The notes: a model not told the origin generated them from the letters alone. A stretch of DNA of 64,000 nucleotides from an uncultured bacterium (GCA_938002255.1 CALLAL010000034.1:32674-96673), one strand, 5' to 3'. Counted from the first letter of the stretch, positions 39,173 through 50,465 are shown. Program-made: numbers and translations.

Positions 39173-40624
39173 TTACATCAATCCAGCAATCGACTTCTGA
39201 GCAAAGGAGAGAACATTAGATGGGAAGATTCCCAAGTAAAAGGTTCCAATAAGAGCTAAAATAAGGGCAAGGGTGGGAGCAGGTGAAAATGAAAGCCCTG
39301 TGATCTCTCTTTCCGGTTCCCTAAAATACATCAACACCGTTACCCGAAGATAGTAATAGACGGAGATGGCACTATTGATCATACCCAGAACCGCCAGCCA
39401 ATAAAACTTTGCTTCCACCGCCGCACTGAAGACATAGAATTTAGCCATGAATCCGCCTAAGGGAGGAATGCCTGCCATGGAGAGAAGAAAGACCGTCATG
39501 GAGGCCGCCAGAAGAGGATATTTAAACCCCAAACCAGCATAGTCCGTAATCAATGTGTTCTCTTCTCCTTTTTTCCCGAGCAGAATCACGCAGGTAAAAG
39601 CCCCTAAATTCATAAAAGCATAAGCCATCAAGTAGAAAAGGATTCCAGAGGTTCCCAGTTTATTTCCAGCCACAAAGGCTACGAGAATATAGCCCGCATG
39701 GGCAATGCTCGAATAGGCAAGCATCCTCTTAATGTTGTTTTGCGAAATGGCTATGATGTTTCCAAAGGTCATGGTCGCCACCGCGATGAGCCACATGATG
39801 GAAGTCCAATCCGGTTGAAAGGCGGGAAGAGCCGTAAAGAAAACCCGGAGCAGAGCGGAAAATCCTGCTGCCTTTACGCCTGTGGCCATAAAAGCGGTGA
39901 CGGAAGTTGGGGCCCCCTCATAGACATCGGGCGTCCACATATGAAAAGGAACGGAGGCAATCTTAAAACCAAAGCCAATTGTCAGAAAGGCCAAACTCAT
40001 CAGAAGCATGGGATGATTGAGAAGGTTTTTTGAACCGATATAAGAAGCGATGTTTTTCAGATAAAGAGATCCAGTAGCCCCATAGAGAAAGGCAATTCCA
40101 TAGAGGAGAAAGCCGGTGGCAAAAGCGCCCAAAAGAAAATATTTAAATGCCGATTCCACAGACTTTTGATCCCCTCTTAACATACCTGCCAATACATAGA
40201 TCGAGATAGACATGGTCTCCAGACCGAGGAAGATAATGATGAGATGGGTCCCGGCCGCCATGAGCATCATTCCAAAAGTGGCAAAAAGAATAAGTGCATA
40301 ATATTCTCCGAACCCGATTCCCTCTCTAGGGGCATAGCCGATGGAGATGAGCAGGGTCAGGAAGGCAATGATGAGAATGGTAATTTTGAAAAAGATCGCA
40401 AACCCATCCGCTGCAAACATCTCTACAAATCCCGTTTTCCCGGTTCCCACCAGGGGAAGGGTATAGAAGAAGGCAATGGCGACACCGAGGAGACTGAGAA
40501 CGCCAAGATATCCTTTCTTCTCTCCTTTGGGGGCGAAGACATCCACCAAGAGAACCAAAAATCCAAAAACGGTAATGATGATTTCCGGCGCAATGAGATA
40601 GAGATCAATATCTGGCAGTTTCAT
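39173..40624 (-). CDS. nuoN: NADH-quinone oxidoreductase subunit N
   Basis: ESAFKYFLLG, FKIASVPFHMWTPDVYEGAPT, KRMLAYSSIAHAGY. Confidence 0.93.
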   Translation of the reverse strand: MKLPDIDLYLIAPEIIITVFGFLVLLVDVFAPKGEKKGYLGVLSLLGVAIAFFYTLPLVGTGKTGFVEMFAADGFAIFFKITILIIAFLTLLISIGYAPREGIGFGEYYALILFATFGMMLMAAGTHLIIIFLGLETMSISIYVLAGMLRGDQKSVESAFKYFLLGAFATGFLLYGIAFLYGATGSLYLKNIASYIGSKNLLNHPMLLMSLAFLTIGFGFKIASVPFHMWTPDVYEGAPTSVTAFMATGVKAAGFSALLRVFFTALPAFQPDWTSIMWLIAVATMTFGNIIAISQNNIKRMLAYSSIAHAGYILVAFVAGNKLGTSGILFYLMAYAFMNLGAFTCVILLGKKGEENTLITDYAGLGFKYPLLAASMTVFLLSMAGIPPLGGFMAKFYVFSAAVEAKFYWLAVLGMINSAISVYYYLRVTVLMYFREPEREITGLSFSPAPTLALILALIGTFYLGIFPSNVLSFAQKSIAGLM

Positions 40625-40724
40625 CAAAAGAATCCTCCAATGAAAAAGGCTCAAAGATCCGAGGGTCTTGGGACTGATCACTTCAATCTCTGCCTAACGG
40701 TGGGCAGGCTTAACCCCTTAACCC

Positions 40725-42269
40725 CTATTTCTTAATTTCTGCAACGACCTTCGGGACAGTCAGGTCTGCTTTCATTTCCACCTTTCCCCGGAAATCCTTC
40801 AGGAACTTTTCTACGCTCACATCCATCTTGCTGAAAAAGAGTTTGGGATAGATACCCATCAGGAAGATAAGGGCAATCATCGGAATGAGCGTAAGGATTT
40901 CGCGAGCATTAAGGTCTTTTAACCCTTCGTTCTTGGGATTGGTGATCTTTCCAAACATGACTCGCTGGAACATCCAGAGCATATAAGCGGCTCCCAAGAT
41001 GACCCCAACGGCTGCCAAGACACCATAGACTGTATTGGCCTGAAACGCTCCTAAAAGGATGAGAAACTCTCCTACAAAACCGTTTGTGCTTGGAAGGCCA
41101 ATCGAAGAGAGAGTCACAATCATAAAGAAGACTGCAAAGACAGGCATCACTTTTGAAATGCCTCCAAAATCGGCGATGAGCCGGGTGTGCCTCCGTTCAT
41201 AAATCATTCCCACGATCAAGAACAGAGAACCGGTGCTGATCCCGTGATTGAGCATCTGATAGATGGAACCCTGGACCCCCTGGGTGTTGAGAGCAAACAT
41301 CCCCAGCATGACATAGCCCAGGTGACTCACGCTTGAAAAAGCGACCAGCCTCTTGAGGTCCGGTTGCATCATCGATACCAGAGCCCCATAGATAATTCCA
41401 ATGAGGGCTAAGACGGAGATGAGTGGCATCAGTTCAAGGGCAGCATGTGGAAAGAGAGGGATCGCAAAACGGATAAAACCATAAGTTCCCATCTTCAGTA
41501 AGACACCCGCTAAAATCACACTTCCCGCAGTCGGAGCTTCGGTGTGTGCATCAGGCAACCAGGTATGAAAGGGAAACATCGGTACTTTAATCGCAAAAGC
41601 CAATGCAAAGGCTCCAAAAAGCCAGTATTGAGTTCCAACAGGAATGCCAAGTTTGTAGAGTTCAAGGACATCGAAGGTGGCTTTGCCAGTCGCCTTGAGA
41701 TTGATAAAATAGAGGGCCAAAATAGCCACCAGCATAAGAACGCTTCCTGCCATGGTAAAGAGGAAAAATTTTATGGCGGCATAAATCCGTCGGGCAGGAT
41801 TCCCCCATACACCGATCAGGAGATACATCGGAATAAGCATGACCTCCCAGAAGACATAGAAAAGGATGAGATCCAGAGCAACAAGGGCACCGACCATTCC
41901 TGTCTCCAAGAAAAGGAAAGAGACCATATACTCCTTTACCCGAAAGGTGATAGCGGTCCAGGAGCAGAGAACGCAGAGGACGGTTAGAAAGGTTGTGAGA
42001 AGGACAAGGAGAAGACTGATCCCATCAATCCCAATCTTATAGCTGATCCCATAGGCTTCCACCCACCACCAGTCCTCAAGAAACTGCATGGCGGCCGTGG
42101 TCGAATCGAAACGGAAGAAAAGAGGCAAAGAAACCACAAATTCGATTAAAGCAACAACGAGGGTCACCCACCGGATGGTCTCATCTTTTTTAAGAAAGAG
42201 GAGAAGAACGGCACCTGCCAGTGGAAAGAAAATCAAGAAGGATAGAATGGGAATTCCCAAAATGTCCAT
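40725..42269 (-). CDS. nuoM: NADH-quinone oxidoreductase subunit M
   Basis: [29 protein letters not shown]. Confidence 0.95.
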   Translation of the reverse strand: MDILGIPILSFLIFFPLAGAVLLLFLKKDETIRWVTLVVALIEFVVSLPLFFRFDSTTAAMQFLEDWWWVEAYGISYKIGIDGISLLLVLLTTFLTVLCVLCSWTAITFRVKEYMVSFLFLETGMVGALVALDLILFYVFWEVMLIPMYLLIGVWGNPARRIYAAIKFFLFTMAGSVLMLVAILALYFINLKATGKATFDVLELYKLGIPVGTQYWLFGAFALAFAIKVPMFPFHTWLPDAHTEAPTAGSVILAGVLLKMGTYGFIRFAIPLFPHAALELMPLISVLALIGIIYGALVSMMQPDLKRLVAFSSVSHLGYVMLGMFALNTQGVQGSIYQMLNHGISTGSLFLIVGMIYERRHTRLIADFGGISKVMPVFAVFFMIVTLSSIGLPSTNGFVGEFLILLGAFQANTVYGVLAAVGVILGAAYMLWMFQRVMFGKITNPKNEGLKDLNAREILTLIPMIALIFLMGIYPKLFFSKMDVSVEKFLKDFRGKVEMKADLTVPKVVAEIKK

Positions 42270-42297
42270 GGAATTAACTCCTTGTCACTCGTGTGAT

Positions 42298-44271
42298 TTA
42301 GAAGAATGCCCGCATGATATAGTAGAGGGCCAATATAACTCCACCCACAATCATTGAAACGGCATAGTTCTGAACAAAACCTGTCTGCATCCTTCTCATC
42401 AAGCTTGAGAGCCATCCAATGAAATAGGCGATGCCATTGACTGTTCCATCAATAATAAACTCATCAAATCCCTTCCAGAGCCCCATCCCCAATTTCTTTA
42501 AGGAATTAACAAAGAGGACTTGATAGAGTTCATCCACATAATATTTATTGGCCACCAGGCGATAGAGTCCTGAGTATTGTTCGGCAAGTCTTTTAGGCAG
42601 GATGGGGTTCTTCAGATATAAAAAGTAGGCGATCCCTATACCGGTAAGTGCAATCAGCACGGAGAGGACCATCAAAAAGAGTTCGAGCGCAGTCGAATGG
42701 CCTCCCTGAGCACCTCCAGCGGCCCAGGCCTGAGCAAGGATAGAAAAACCGGCATGGGCTTTCCCAGGCTCAGGTCCTCCTCCCACCACTGGTGCTAAGA
42801 ATTCATGAATATGGTTGGCGCCTCCTAACACATGGGGAACGCCCACATAACCTCCAACGATGGATAAGAAGGCCAAAACCATCAGAGGTACGGTCATAAT
42901 TTTGGGCGATTCATGAATATGATGCGCCACATGGTGGTCCACCCTCGACTCCCCGAAGAAGGTCATAAAGAGGGCCCGGAACATATAGAAGGCCGTCATC
43001 CCTGCGGCAATGGCAGCCACCATCCAGAGCAAAAAATGGCCGCGAGGACTGGAAAAAGCCATCCATAGGATCTCATCCTTGCTGAAGAAACCCGAAAGTC
43101 CGGGAATGCCTGCGATCGCTAACGTGGCGATGAAGAACGTTCCGAAGGTAATAGGAATCTTTGATCGCAGCGCCCCCATCTTTCGGATGTCGAGTTCTCC
43201 ACTGAGGGCATGCATGACGCTTCCTGCTCCCAAGAAGAGAAGTCCTTTGAAGAAAGCATGGGTCATCAGGTGAAAGATTCCTGCTGAATAAGCCCCCACC
43301 CCGACCGCGAGAAACATATACCCTAACTGGCTGATGGTTGAGTAAGCCAGAATCTTTTTGAGATCATATTGACAGAAACCAATGGAGGCGGTGAAGATAG
43401 CCGTGGCCACTCCCACGATCGCCACAACTGCCATAGCTATGGGCGCCATATTATAAAGGACGCTACACCGAGCGACCATATAGACCCCTGCCGTCACCAT
43501 GGTGGCGGCATGGATCAAGGAGCTAACAGGTGTAGGACCCTCCATCGCATCAGGAAGCCAGACATAAAGTGGAATCTGAGCCGACTTCCCGCAAGCCCCT
43601 ACAAAGAGCAGAAGGGTAATCGCCGTGACGGTTGCCGTGTCGAGCTGACCTGCTTTAGCAAAAGCATCGGTAAAATCAAGGGTTCCCAAGTTGACAAAGA
43701 TGAGAAACATTCCAAGGATGAAACCGAAGTCTCCGACCCGGTTGACGACAAAGGCTTTCTTGCCCGCATTGGCGGCTGAATCCTTCTCATACCAGAAACC
43801 GATCAGGAGGTAGGAGCACAGGCCCACCCCTTCCCAGCCTACAAACATCAAAAGGAAGTTATTGGCCAGAACAAGGTTGAGCATCATGAAGACAAAGAGG
43901 TTCAGATAGGTAAAGTATCGAGTATAACCTGGGTCGTCGTGCATGTATCCAACAGAATAGATGTGAATGAAAAAGCTGACGCCCGTTACCACCAGAGCCA
44001 TGAGGATGGAGAGGGGATCAATCTGATAGCCAATGACAGTCTGAAAGGAACCTGAAACCACCCAGTCGAAGATTACCTTTTCAAAATGTCTCTCCGAGGC
44101 AGGTTTGCCGATCAATTCGAAGAAGATGAGAATGGAGGTAAGAAAGGAAAGTCCGATGGCAGCAGGACCTACAACACTCACCACGCCTTTTCCCAAACGC
44201 CTCCCCAATAATCCATTAATCAAAAACCCAATTGCAGGAAATAGAGGTATGAGCCACACATAGTCAAGCAT
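42298..44271 (-). CDS. nuoL: NADH-quinone oxidoreductase subunit L
   Basis: GWEGVG, GKSAQIPL, WLPDAMEGPTP, THAFFK. Confidence 0.95.
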   Translation of the reverse strand: MLDYVWLIPLFPAIGFLINGLLGRRLGKGVVSVVGPAAIGLSFLTSILIFFELIGKPASERHFEKVIFDWVVSGSFQTVIGYQIDPLSILMALVVTGVSFFIHIYSVGYMHDDPGYTRYFTYLNLFVFMMLNLVLANNFLLMFVGWEGVGLCSYLLIGFWYEKDSAANAGKKAFVVNRVGDFGFILGMFLIFVNLGTLDFTDAFAKAGQLDTATVTAITLLLFVGACGKSAQIPLYVWLPDAMEGPTPVSSLIHAATMVTAGVYMVARCSVLYNMAPIAMAVVAIVGVATAIFTASIGFCQYDLKKILAYSTISQLGYMFLAVGVGAYSAGIFHLMTHAFFKGLLFLGAGSVMHALSGELDIRKMGALRSKIPITFGTFFIATLAIAGIPGLSGFFSKDEILWMAFSSPRGHFLLWMVAAIAAGMTAFYMFRALFMTFFGESRVDHHVAHHIHESPKIMTVPLMVLAFLSIVGGYVGVPHVLGGANHIHEFLAPVVGGGPEPGKAHAGFSILAQAWAAGGAQGGHSTALELFLMVLSVLIALTGIGIAYFLYLKNPILPKRLAEQYSGLYRLVANKYYVDELYQVLFVNSLKKLGMGLWKGFDEFIIDGTVNGIAYFIGWLSSLMRRMQTGFVQNYAVSMIVGGVILALYYIMRAFF

Positions 44272-44331
44272 GAAAAACTCCTTTTACGCCCACCCTACCT
44301 TTCTCCTTTGAGGGGAGAGGGTTTGGAGGGA

Positions 44332-44649
44332 TCACCACTTTAACAGATTCACTTCATCGACGTTGACCGTCTCTCTTGAACGATAAAGCATGACAAAAAT
44401 CGCTAACCCCACGGCAGCCTCTGCGGCAGCGACTGCCATCACGAAAAAGGCAAAAATGACGCCATCGATGGACTGAAGAAAGCGAGAAAAGGTGATGAAA
44501 CTTAAATTGACCGCATTGAGCATCAATTCAATACAGATGAAAACCACGATGGCATTGCGTCGGGTGATGGCGCCGATCACGCCAATCATAAAAAGAATTC
44601 CACTCAATATGAGATAAAGAGCAGGAGGAATGGTTGGAACGACCCACAT
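44332..44649 (-). CDS. nuoK: NADH-quinone oxidoreductase subunit K
   Basis: [20 protein letters not shown]. Confidence 0.95.
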   Translation of the reverse strand: MWVVPTIPPALYLILSGILFMIGVIGAITRRNAIVVFICIELMLNAVNLSFITFSRFLQSIDGVIFAFFVMAVAAAEAAVGLAIFVMLYRSRETVNVDEVNLLKW

Positions 44650-44661
44650 AACTTTTTCTCC

Positions 44662-45189
44662 TTATGTCCTTTTCTTGCTTAAAATCACTGCACCAATGAT
44701 CGCCACCGTTAAGAGAATGGCACTGATCTCAAAAGGAAACACATAATCCGTGAAGAGCGATTCCCCAACGGTTTTGACGTTGTTAGCCATTCTGTCAGGG
44801 GTAAGGGAGCCTATTTCTCCGGTTGGCGGTTTGGCGACAACGCTATAGAGAAGCCCGAAGAGAAACAGAAGCGCCAAGAACACACCCACAATCTTTGAAT
44901 AAACGACTTTCATTTTGGAACGAAGCTCAACCTCCAGATCCAACAGCATGATGATGAAGACGATGAGCATGACAATGGCCCCGGCGTAAACCACCACCTG
45001 GATAATGGCAATGAACGGGCTATAGAGGAGGATATATAAAACCGCCACACAGAGAAGGGTCAACACCATAAAGAGGGCACTATGGATAGGGTTTTTTCGC
45101 GTAATGACCAGCAGGGAGGCAACAATCGAGACGAAGGCCATTCCCAAAAAGATCAACCACTGAAAGAGGATTCCAAAATTTTCAGCCAT
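44662..45189 (-). CDS. nuoJ: NADH-quinone oxidoreductase subunit J
   Basis: NPIHSAL, QVVVYAGAI, PFEI. Confidence 0.93.
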   Translation of the reverse strand: MAENFGILFQWLIFLGMAFVSIVASLLVITRKNPIHSALFMVLTLLCVAVLYILLYSPFIAIIQVVVYAGAIVMLIVFIIMLLDLEVELRSKMKVVYSKIVGVFLALLFLFGLLYSVVAKPPTGEIGSLTPDRMANNVKTVGESLFTDYVFPFEISAILLTVAIIGAVILSKKRT

Positions 45190-45251
45190 GGTCTAACTCC
45201 AGATGTTTATGTGATGGGCACCTTGCCCTAAGGAACATGCCCGATTGATTT

Positions 45252-45671
45252 TTATGGGTTCTTCTTTTTCTCCTCTAAAAGCTTCTCCGTATTCATGAGA
45301 TAGGGTGTTCTCTCCCCTTCGACCCATTCATAATTCTTTCCTACGAAGATGGCATTGACCGGACAGGCTTCCTCGCAATAACCGCAGAAGATACATCTCA
45401 GGGCATCCAGTTCATAGGTTAAAGGATAGCGCCTCCCCTCTTCGTCTTCCGAGGTTTCGATGTAGATGCATTGGGAAGGACAGACCGCCATACAGAGGCC
45501 ACAGGCCACGCATTTGGTTCTCCCCTGCTCATCCTTCTCAAAATACTGGATTCCTCTCCAGCGCTTGGCAGGTGGTACCTTCTGCTCTGGATATTGAATG
45601 GTGATCGGTCTGGAAAAAAACCGCCCCAAGGTAAAGGCCAACCCTTTTAGCAACGGGATAATCATACCCAA
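45252..45671 (-). CDS. nuoI: NADH-quinone oxidoreductase subunit I
   Basis: TIQYPE, CVACGLC...CP, CIFCGYC...CP. Confidence 0.95.
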   Translation of the reverse strand: MGMIIPLLKGLAFTLGRFFSRPITIQYPEQKVPPAKRWRGIQYFEKDEQGRTKCVACGLCMAVCPSQCIYIETSEDEEGRRYPLTYELDALRCIFCGYCEEACPVNAIFVGKNYEWVEGERTPYLMNTEKLLEEKKKNP

Positions 45672-45678
45672 CTCCTTC

Positions 45679-46698
45679 TTAACCTTTCAGCAACATAACA
45701 AAAGCGGTGATCAGAATATTGATCAACGTCAACTCAAACAGCACTTTCCAGCCAAATTTCATGATCTGGTCATAGCGAAGTCTTGGAAAAGTTCCTCTTT
45801 GCCAGATGAAGAAGAAGATCAAGATAAATACCTTTGCCCCAAACCAGAAGACCCCAGGGATAAACTCAAGAAATGGCAAAGGAGCCTGCCATCCGCCCAA
45901 GAAAAGGGTTACGGCGATAGAAGCCACAGTAATCATATGGGCATATTCTGCCATGAAAAAGAGGGCAAATTTCATACTGCTATATTCGATGTTAAATCCA
46001 CAGGCAAGCTCTGATTCGGCTTCAGGCATGTCAAAGGGAGTTCGGTTGATTTCAGCAAGTGCACAGACGATGAAGAAGACGAAAGCGGCAGGTTGATAAA
46101 TAATATTCCAATGCCAGAACCCTCCAGCCTGAAGAGCAACGATCTCGGTCAAGCGGAGACTTTGGGATAAGAGAATCACGCCCACGATGGAAAGACCGAG
46201 GGCAACTTCATAACTGATCATTTGAGCCGCCGCTCGAAGAGAACCGGTGAGGCCGTATTTATTCCCGGACGCCCAACCGCCGAGGACAATACCGAATTCT
46301 CCCAGCGAGGCAATGCCAAACACATAGAGGAGTCCGATATCAATATCAGCAATCCGAAGTTTGACCACGTAGTCCGTTCCCGGTAGGGTAAACTGGTTTC
46401 CAAAAGGGATGACCGCAAACATGCTGATCGCCGAGATGATGGCAATCATAGGAGCCAGAACAAAGACCGGTTTATCAGCACTCCCAGGGATCAGATCTTC
46501 TTTGAAGAAGGCTTTAATCCCATCTGAAAAGGGTTGAAGTAGTCCAAAAGGACCACAGCGATTGGGACCGAAACGAATTTGAATGTGGCCCAATACCTTT
46601 CGTTCCAACCAGGTTAAATAGGCCACGGAGAGCATGAGGCATGCAAAGACCACCACACATTTGATAATTGTTTCGATGAGAAAATAAAAGACCTGCAT
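45679..46698 (-). CDS. nuoH: NADH-quinone oxidoreductase subunit H
   Basis: ERKV, GLLQPFSDG, AQMISYE, NRTPFDMPEAESEL, PRLRYDQ. Confidence 0.95.
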   Translation of the reverse strand: MQVFYFLIETIIKCVVVFACLMLSVAYLTWLERKVLGHIQIRFGPNRCGPFGLLQPFSDGIKAFFKEDLIPGSADKPVFVLAPMIAIISAISMFAVIPFGNQFTLPGTDYVVKLRIADIDIGLLYVFGIASLGEFGIVLGGWASGNKYGLTGSLRAAAQMISYEVALGLSIVGVILLSQSLRLTEIVALQAGGFWHWNIIYQPAAFVFFIVCALAEINRTPFDMPEAESELACGFNIEYSSMKFALFFMAEYAHMITVASIAVTLFLGGWQAPLPFLEFIPGVFWFGAKVFILIFFFIWQRGTFPRLRYDQIMKFGWKVLFELTLINILITAFVMLLKG

Positions 46699-46723
46699 CC
46701 TGCGTCTCCTCTAAACCTCTTGT

Positions 46724-48676
46724 TTAAACTGCAAACAACCCGACCCGGACACACCGAAGGCAACGTTCTGCCTCTTTCTGGGCGACAGGAATAGGAAATC
46801 CTTTTTCCACTTCATCAAAGACCCATTTTCTCGTTTCCGGAGGAAGCATCTCCAGCATGGCCCTCTTCTGGCCACCTGGAACCCCGATCTTCTCATCCTT
46901 CGAATAGACCTTGATCTTTTCCATCAAGGTTTCGAGACGTTCCTCTTCTGACTCCTTGACCTCGACCCCCCTCAGATAGGCGTCAATCTTTTCAGCAACT
47001 CTTTTCCCGTGACCCGCTGCACGGACCAGGACATCGGGGCCGGTCACACAATCCCCACCGGAAAAGATCTCAGGCCGACTGGTTTGAAACGTCCCTTCCT
47101 GAATAGCGATAGTAGATCGTTTGGTCGTCTTGATTCCGAGCTGTTCTTCAAGAAAGGAGAGATCAATGGCCTGTCCGATGGCAGGAATGGCAATATCGGC
47201 TTCAATGAAGAACTCCGACCCTTTGATGGGAACAGGCCTTCGCCTTCCACTCTCATCTGGCTCTCCCAATTCCATCCGGATGCATTCCATCCCGACGACC
47301 TTTCCCTCCTTTGCAACAATTCGGATCGGATTGCAGAGGTAGTGAAATTTGACCCCCTCTTCTTCAGCATCGTGGATCTCCACCCGGTCTGCAGGCATCT
47401 CTTTTTTGGTCCGTCGATAGACCAGGTTGACATCCGGCTTCCCAATCCGGAAAGAGGAACGAACACAATCAATCGCCACATTTCCACCGCCGACGACCAC
47501 CACCCTCTTTCCTTCAGGATAGGGATCTCTTCCAAGGTTGATTTCCAGGAGATAATAAACTCCGGGGATGAATCCCTTGTATCCCTTATCCTCTCCCTCC
47601 ACACCCATGGGCGTATTGGTCTGGGCTCCCACAGCAATATAGATGGCTTTGTACCCCTGCTCGAGCATCTGGGAGAGGGTAATATCTTTTCCGACCTGGA
47701 CGTTATAACGAATCTCCACGCCTAACTGCTCCACGAGGCTGGCTTCGTATCTGACGATATGTCTGGGTAACCGATAGTCTGGAATGCCGACTGCCGCCAT
47801 CCCTCCTGGCTCCCCTAACCTTTCAAAGATCGTCACAGGATACCCTTTTAAGGCTAAATAATAAGCACAGGTCAAACCAGAAGGCCCGGCACCGATGATG
47901 GCTACTTTTTCAGAACGGGTTGGCGCCTTGGTCACTTCCGGTTTAATCCCTCTCTCCAATTCATAATCTGCCACAAATCGTTTGAGCCATTTGATCGAAA
48001 CGCACTCATCCACATTCTGTCGCCGACAGTTGTCCTCGCACGGACGGATGCAGACCCTTCCAAGGATTCCGGCCAGGCAGGTGGCCTCCCGGATAGCAGC
48101 CAATGACTCTGTATAACGTCCCTCTTTGATCAATTCGACGTAACGGGTAATGGGGAGATGGGATGGGCAGGCACTTTCACAGGGAGCGGTCACCTTTATT
48201 TTATATTCCTGTCTCGGAATCTTCTTTTTTGAACGAATCGCCTCGGAAAATTCTTCTTTATAGTACTCAAGGGCATGAAGCACAGGTTTAGGTCCGGTCT
48301 GCCCAAGGTTACATTTGGAACTGCTGAGGATCATCTCCCCCAACGACTTCAACTGATCTAAATCCTCTAATTTCCCTTCGCCCTCAGCAATCCGATTCAG
48401 GAGGGTAGACATGATCTCTGTACCAACCCGGCAGGGAGTACATTTCCCGCAAGACTCTTTCTGGACTGCCTCCATGTAAGCCCGCACAAGATCAACGAGG
48501 TTGACCTCCGGGTCTCGAATGGCAATTCCATCCCAGCCGATGAAGGCTTTGATCTTCTTTTCATGATCAAATTCGAGGGGGAGATTGAGATGAGGAACGG
48601 GTTGTCTTTCTCTATCTGTTTTCCCTCGATTATCTATGACCGTCCCCCCCCAGCTGCTAAAAAGAATATCTGTCAT
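46724..48676 (-). CDS. SfrB-like FAD/FeS NAD(P)H oxidoreductase (NuoF-type 4Fe-4S domain plus GltD/NfnB-like domain)
   Basis: N-terminal FSSWG...DNR; ESCGKCTPCRVG; PCESACP, CIRPCE; GAGPSG; GGGNVAIDC; YRRT (NADPH-type); ERCLRC. Confidence 0.85.
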   Translation of the reverse strand: MTDILFSSWGGTVIDNRGKTDRERQPVPHLNLPLEFDHEKKIKAFIGWDGIAIRDPEVNLVDLVRAYMEAVQKESCGKCTPCRVGTEIMSTLLNRIAEGEGKLEDLDQLKSLGEMILSSSKCNLGQTGPKPVLHALEYYKEEFSEAIRSKKKIPRQEYKIKVTAPCESACPSHLPITRYVELIKEGRYTESLAAIREATCLAGILGRVCIRPCEDNCRRQNVDECVSIKWLKRFVADYELERGIKPEVTKAPTRSEKVAIIGAGPSGLTCAYYLALKGYPVTIFERLGEPGGMAAVGIPDYRLPRHIVRYEASLVEQLGVEIRYNVQVGKDITLSQMLEQGYKAIYIAVGAQTNTPMGVEGEDKGYKGFIPGVYYLLEINLGRDPYPEGKRVVVVGGGNVAIDCVRSSFRIGKPDVNLVYRRTKKEMPADRVEIHDAEEEGVKFHYLCNPIRIVAKEGKVVGMECIRMELGEPDESGRRRPVPIKGSEFFIEADIAIPAIGQAIDLSFLEEQLGIKTTKRSTIAIQEGTFQTSRPEIFSGGDCVTGPDVLVRAAGHGKRVAEKIDAYLRGVEVKESEEERLETLMEKIKVYSKDEKIGVPGGQKRAMLEMLPPETRKWVFDEVEKGFPIPVAQKEAERCLRCVRVGLFAV

Positions 48677-48799
48677 AAGGACCCCTCATGTTTTTAAAAT
48701 CCGAAATCCGAATATCGAAACCCAAAAACAAAAATCACTTTCCTTGGGAAAATTTAAATTGGGTTCAACATTCAAATGTTGTGCATCGCATGTTTTCAC

Positions 48800-49972
48800 T
48801 TATCGATCTATTTCTCCTAACACAATATCGATACTTCCAATGGCGGAGATCACATCCGCTATCAAACCCCCTTCAATCATTTTGGGAAGGGCACTCAGAT
48901 TGAGAAAAGAGGGTGGTCGGATCCGCATTCTCAAGGGCCGATTCGAGCCATCGCTGACGATATAGAATCCTAACTCTCCTTTGGAAGCCTCCACACTCGC
49001 ATAGACTTCTCCTCTGGGAGGGGTAATTCCTTCAGAGACAATCTTGAAATGTCGTATCAAGGAAGCGATATCCGTAAGGACCATCTCTTTGGGAGGGAGA
49101 GCCACTTTCGGATCATCCGCCATAATCGGTCCTTTGGGAAGCCGGTCCAACGCCTGTCTCACGATGGAATTGGACCATTCCATCTCTCTTAACCGAACAT
49201 AGTACCGGTCATACACATCGCCGGTCGAACCCGTGGGAATGTCAAATTCAAACTCATCATAGCTCGAATAAGGAAAGGCTTTCCGCACATCCCACTTCAC
49301 CCCAGAACCCCGAAGAGTCGGACCGGTCACTCCCCAATTGATGGCATCTTCCTTTGAAATGATCCCCACTCCTTTGGTCCGTTTCAACCAGATCACATTC
49401 TTTGTGAGAAGGGTTTCATACTCCTTCATGTGGTCCGGAAAGGCATTTACAAAACTTCTGATCTTTCCTTCAATTCCCTCCGGGAGGTCCTTTGCCACTC
49501 CGCCAATTCTCAAATAGGTTGGAGTCAGTCTTCCACCTGCCACTTCTTCAAAAATCCTTAAAATTTCTTCTCTTTCTCGAAAATTGTAAAAGAGGAGAGT
49601 CATGGCGCCGATGTCAAGGGCATGCGTTCCCAACCAGATGAGATGGGCGGCTAACCTTTGAAGTTCTGCCATCATCACCCTCAGGTATTGGGCTCTTTTG
49701 GGAACCTCGATCCCTAACAGTTTCTCAACAGCCAGGACATAAGCCAGGTTATTTCCCATGGCATTGGTGTAATCCAGCCGATCCGTAAGAGGAATAATCT
49801 GATGATAGGTCCTTGCTTCAGCCAGTTTCTCAACTCCCCGGTGGAGATGTCCGATATGAGGAGTTGCCTTTACAATAATTTCTCCATCCAGCTCCAACAC
49901 AAGTCTTAACACCCCGTGGGTGGCTGGGTGTTGTGGACCCATGTTGATGGTCATCAATCTTGTCTCTGCCAT
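48800..49972 (-). CDS. nuoD: NADH-quinone oxidoreductase subunit D
   Basis: NMGPQHPATHGVLRL, LHRGVEK, DRLDY, GEIDR; no NiFe CxxC motifs. Confidence 0.95.
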   Translation of the reverse strand: MAETRLMTINMGPQHPATHGVLRLVLELDGEIIVKATPHIGHLHRGVEKLAEARTYHQIIPLTDRLDYTNAMGNNLAYVLAVEKLLGIEVPKRAQYLRVMMAELQRLAAHLIWLGTHALDIGAMTLLFYNFREREEILRIFEEVAGGRLTPTYLRIGGVAKDLPEGIEGKIRSFVNAFPDHMKEYETLLTKNVIWLKRTKGVGIISKEDAINWGVTGPTLRGSGVKWDVRKAFPYSSYDEFEFDIPTGSTGDVYDRYYVRLREMEWSNSIVRQALDRLPKGPIMADDPKVALPPKEMVLTDIASLIRHFKIVSEGITPPRGEVYASVEASKGELGFYIVSDGSNRPLRMRIRPPSFLNLSALPKMIEGGLIADVISAIGSIDIVLGEIDR

Positions 49973-49973
49973 T

Positions 49974-50462
49974 TCAGACCTCGGGGACAAAGGGTTTGTC
50001 GAAGTCCGGTCCTTCAACCGGAAAGTCTTTTCTGAGAGGATGTCCTTCGTAACCATCCCAGAGAAGAATTCTTCTCAGATCGGGGTGGTTCTCAAAGGAG
50101 ATGCCATACAAGTCATAGACCTCTCGCTCCAGCCAATTCGCTGCTTTCCAGATGGATTCAACGCTCACGACCGATTCCCCTTCTCCCACTTTCGTTTTAA
50201 GTCTCAACCGTTGATTCAACTTAAACGAATAGAGGAGATAGACAACCTCAAAACGGGGGGTCTGAGGGAAATAATCGACACCACAGAGATCGGTCAGCAT
50301 ATGATACTGGAGATCAGGATCCAAATAGAGAAAACGGCAGATCTCAAAGAGATCTTTTTTCGGTAGAACCACATTTACCTCGCCTCGAAACGAGGTGACC
50401 TCCAATATGGAGGAAGGAAACTTTTCCTGAAGTTTTTTTACCGCAAGGTGAACTTCAACCAT
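49974..50462 (-). CDS. nuoC: NADH-quinone oxidoreductase subunit C
   Basis: ANWLEREVYD, HPDLRRIL, GHPLRKDFP. Confidence 0.95.
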   Translation of the reverse strand: MVEVHLAVKKLQEKFPSSILEVTSFRGEVNVVLPKKDLFEICRFLYLDPDLQYHMLTDLCGVDYFPQTPRFEVVYLLYSFKLNQRLRLKTKVGEGESVVSVESIWKAANWLEREVYDLYGISFENHPDLRRILLWDGYEGHPLRKDFPVEGPDFDKPFVPEV

Positions 50463-50465
50463 ATC

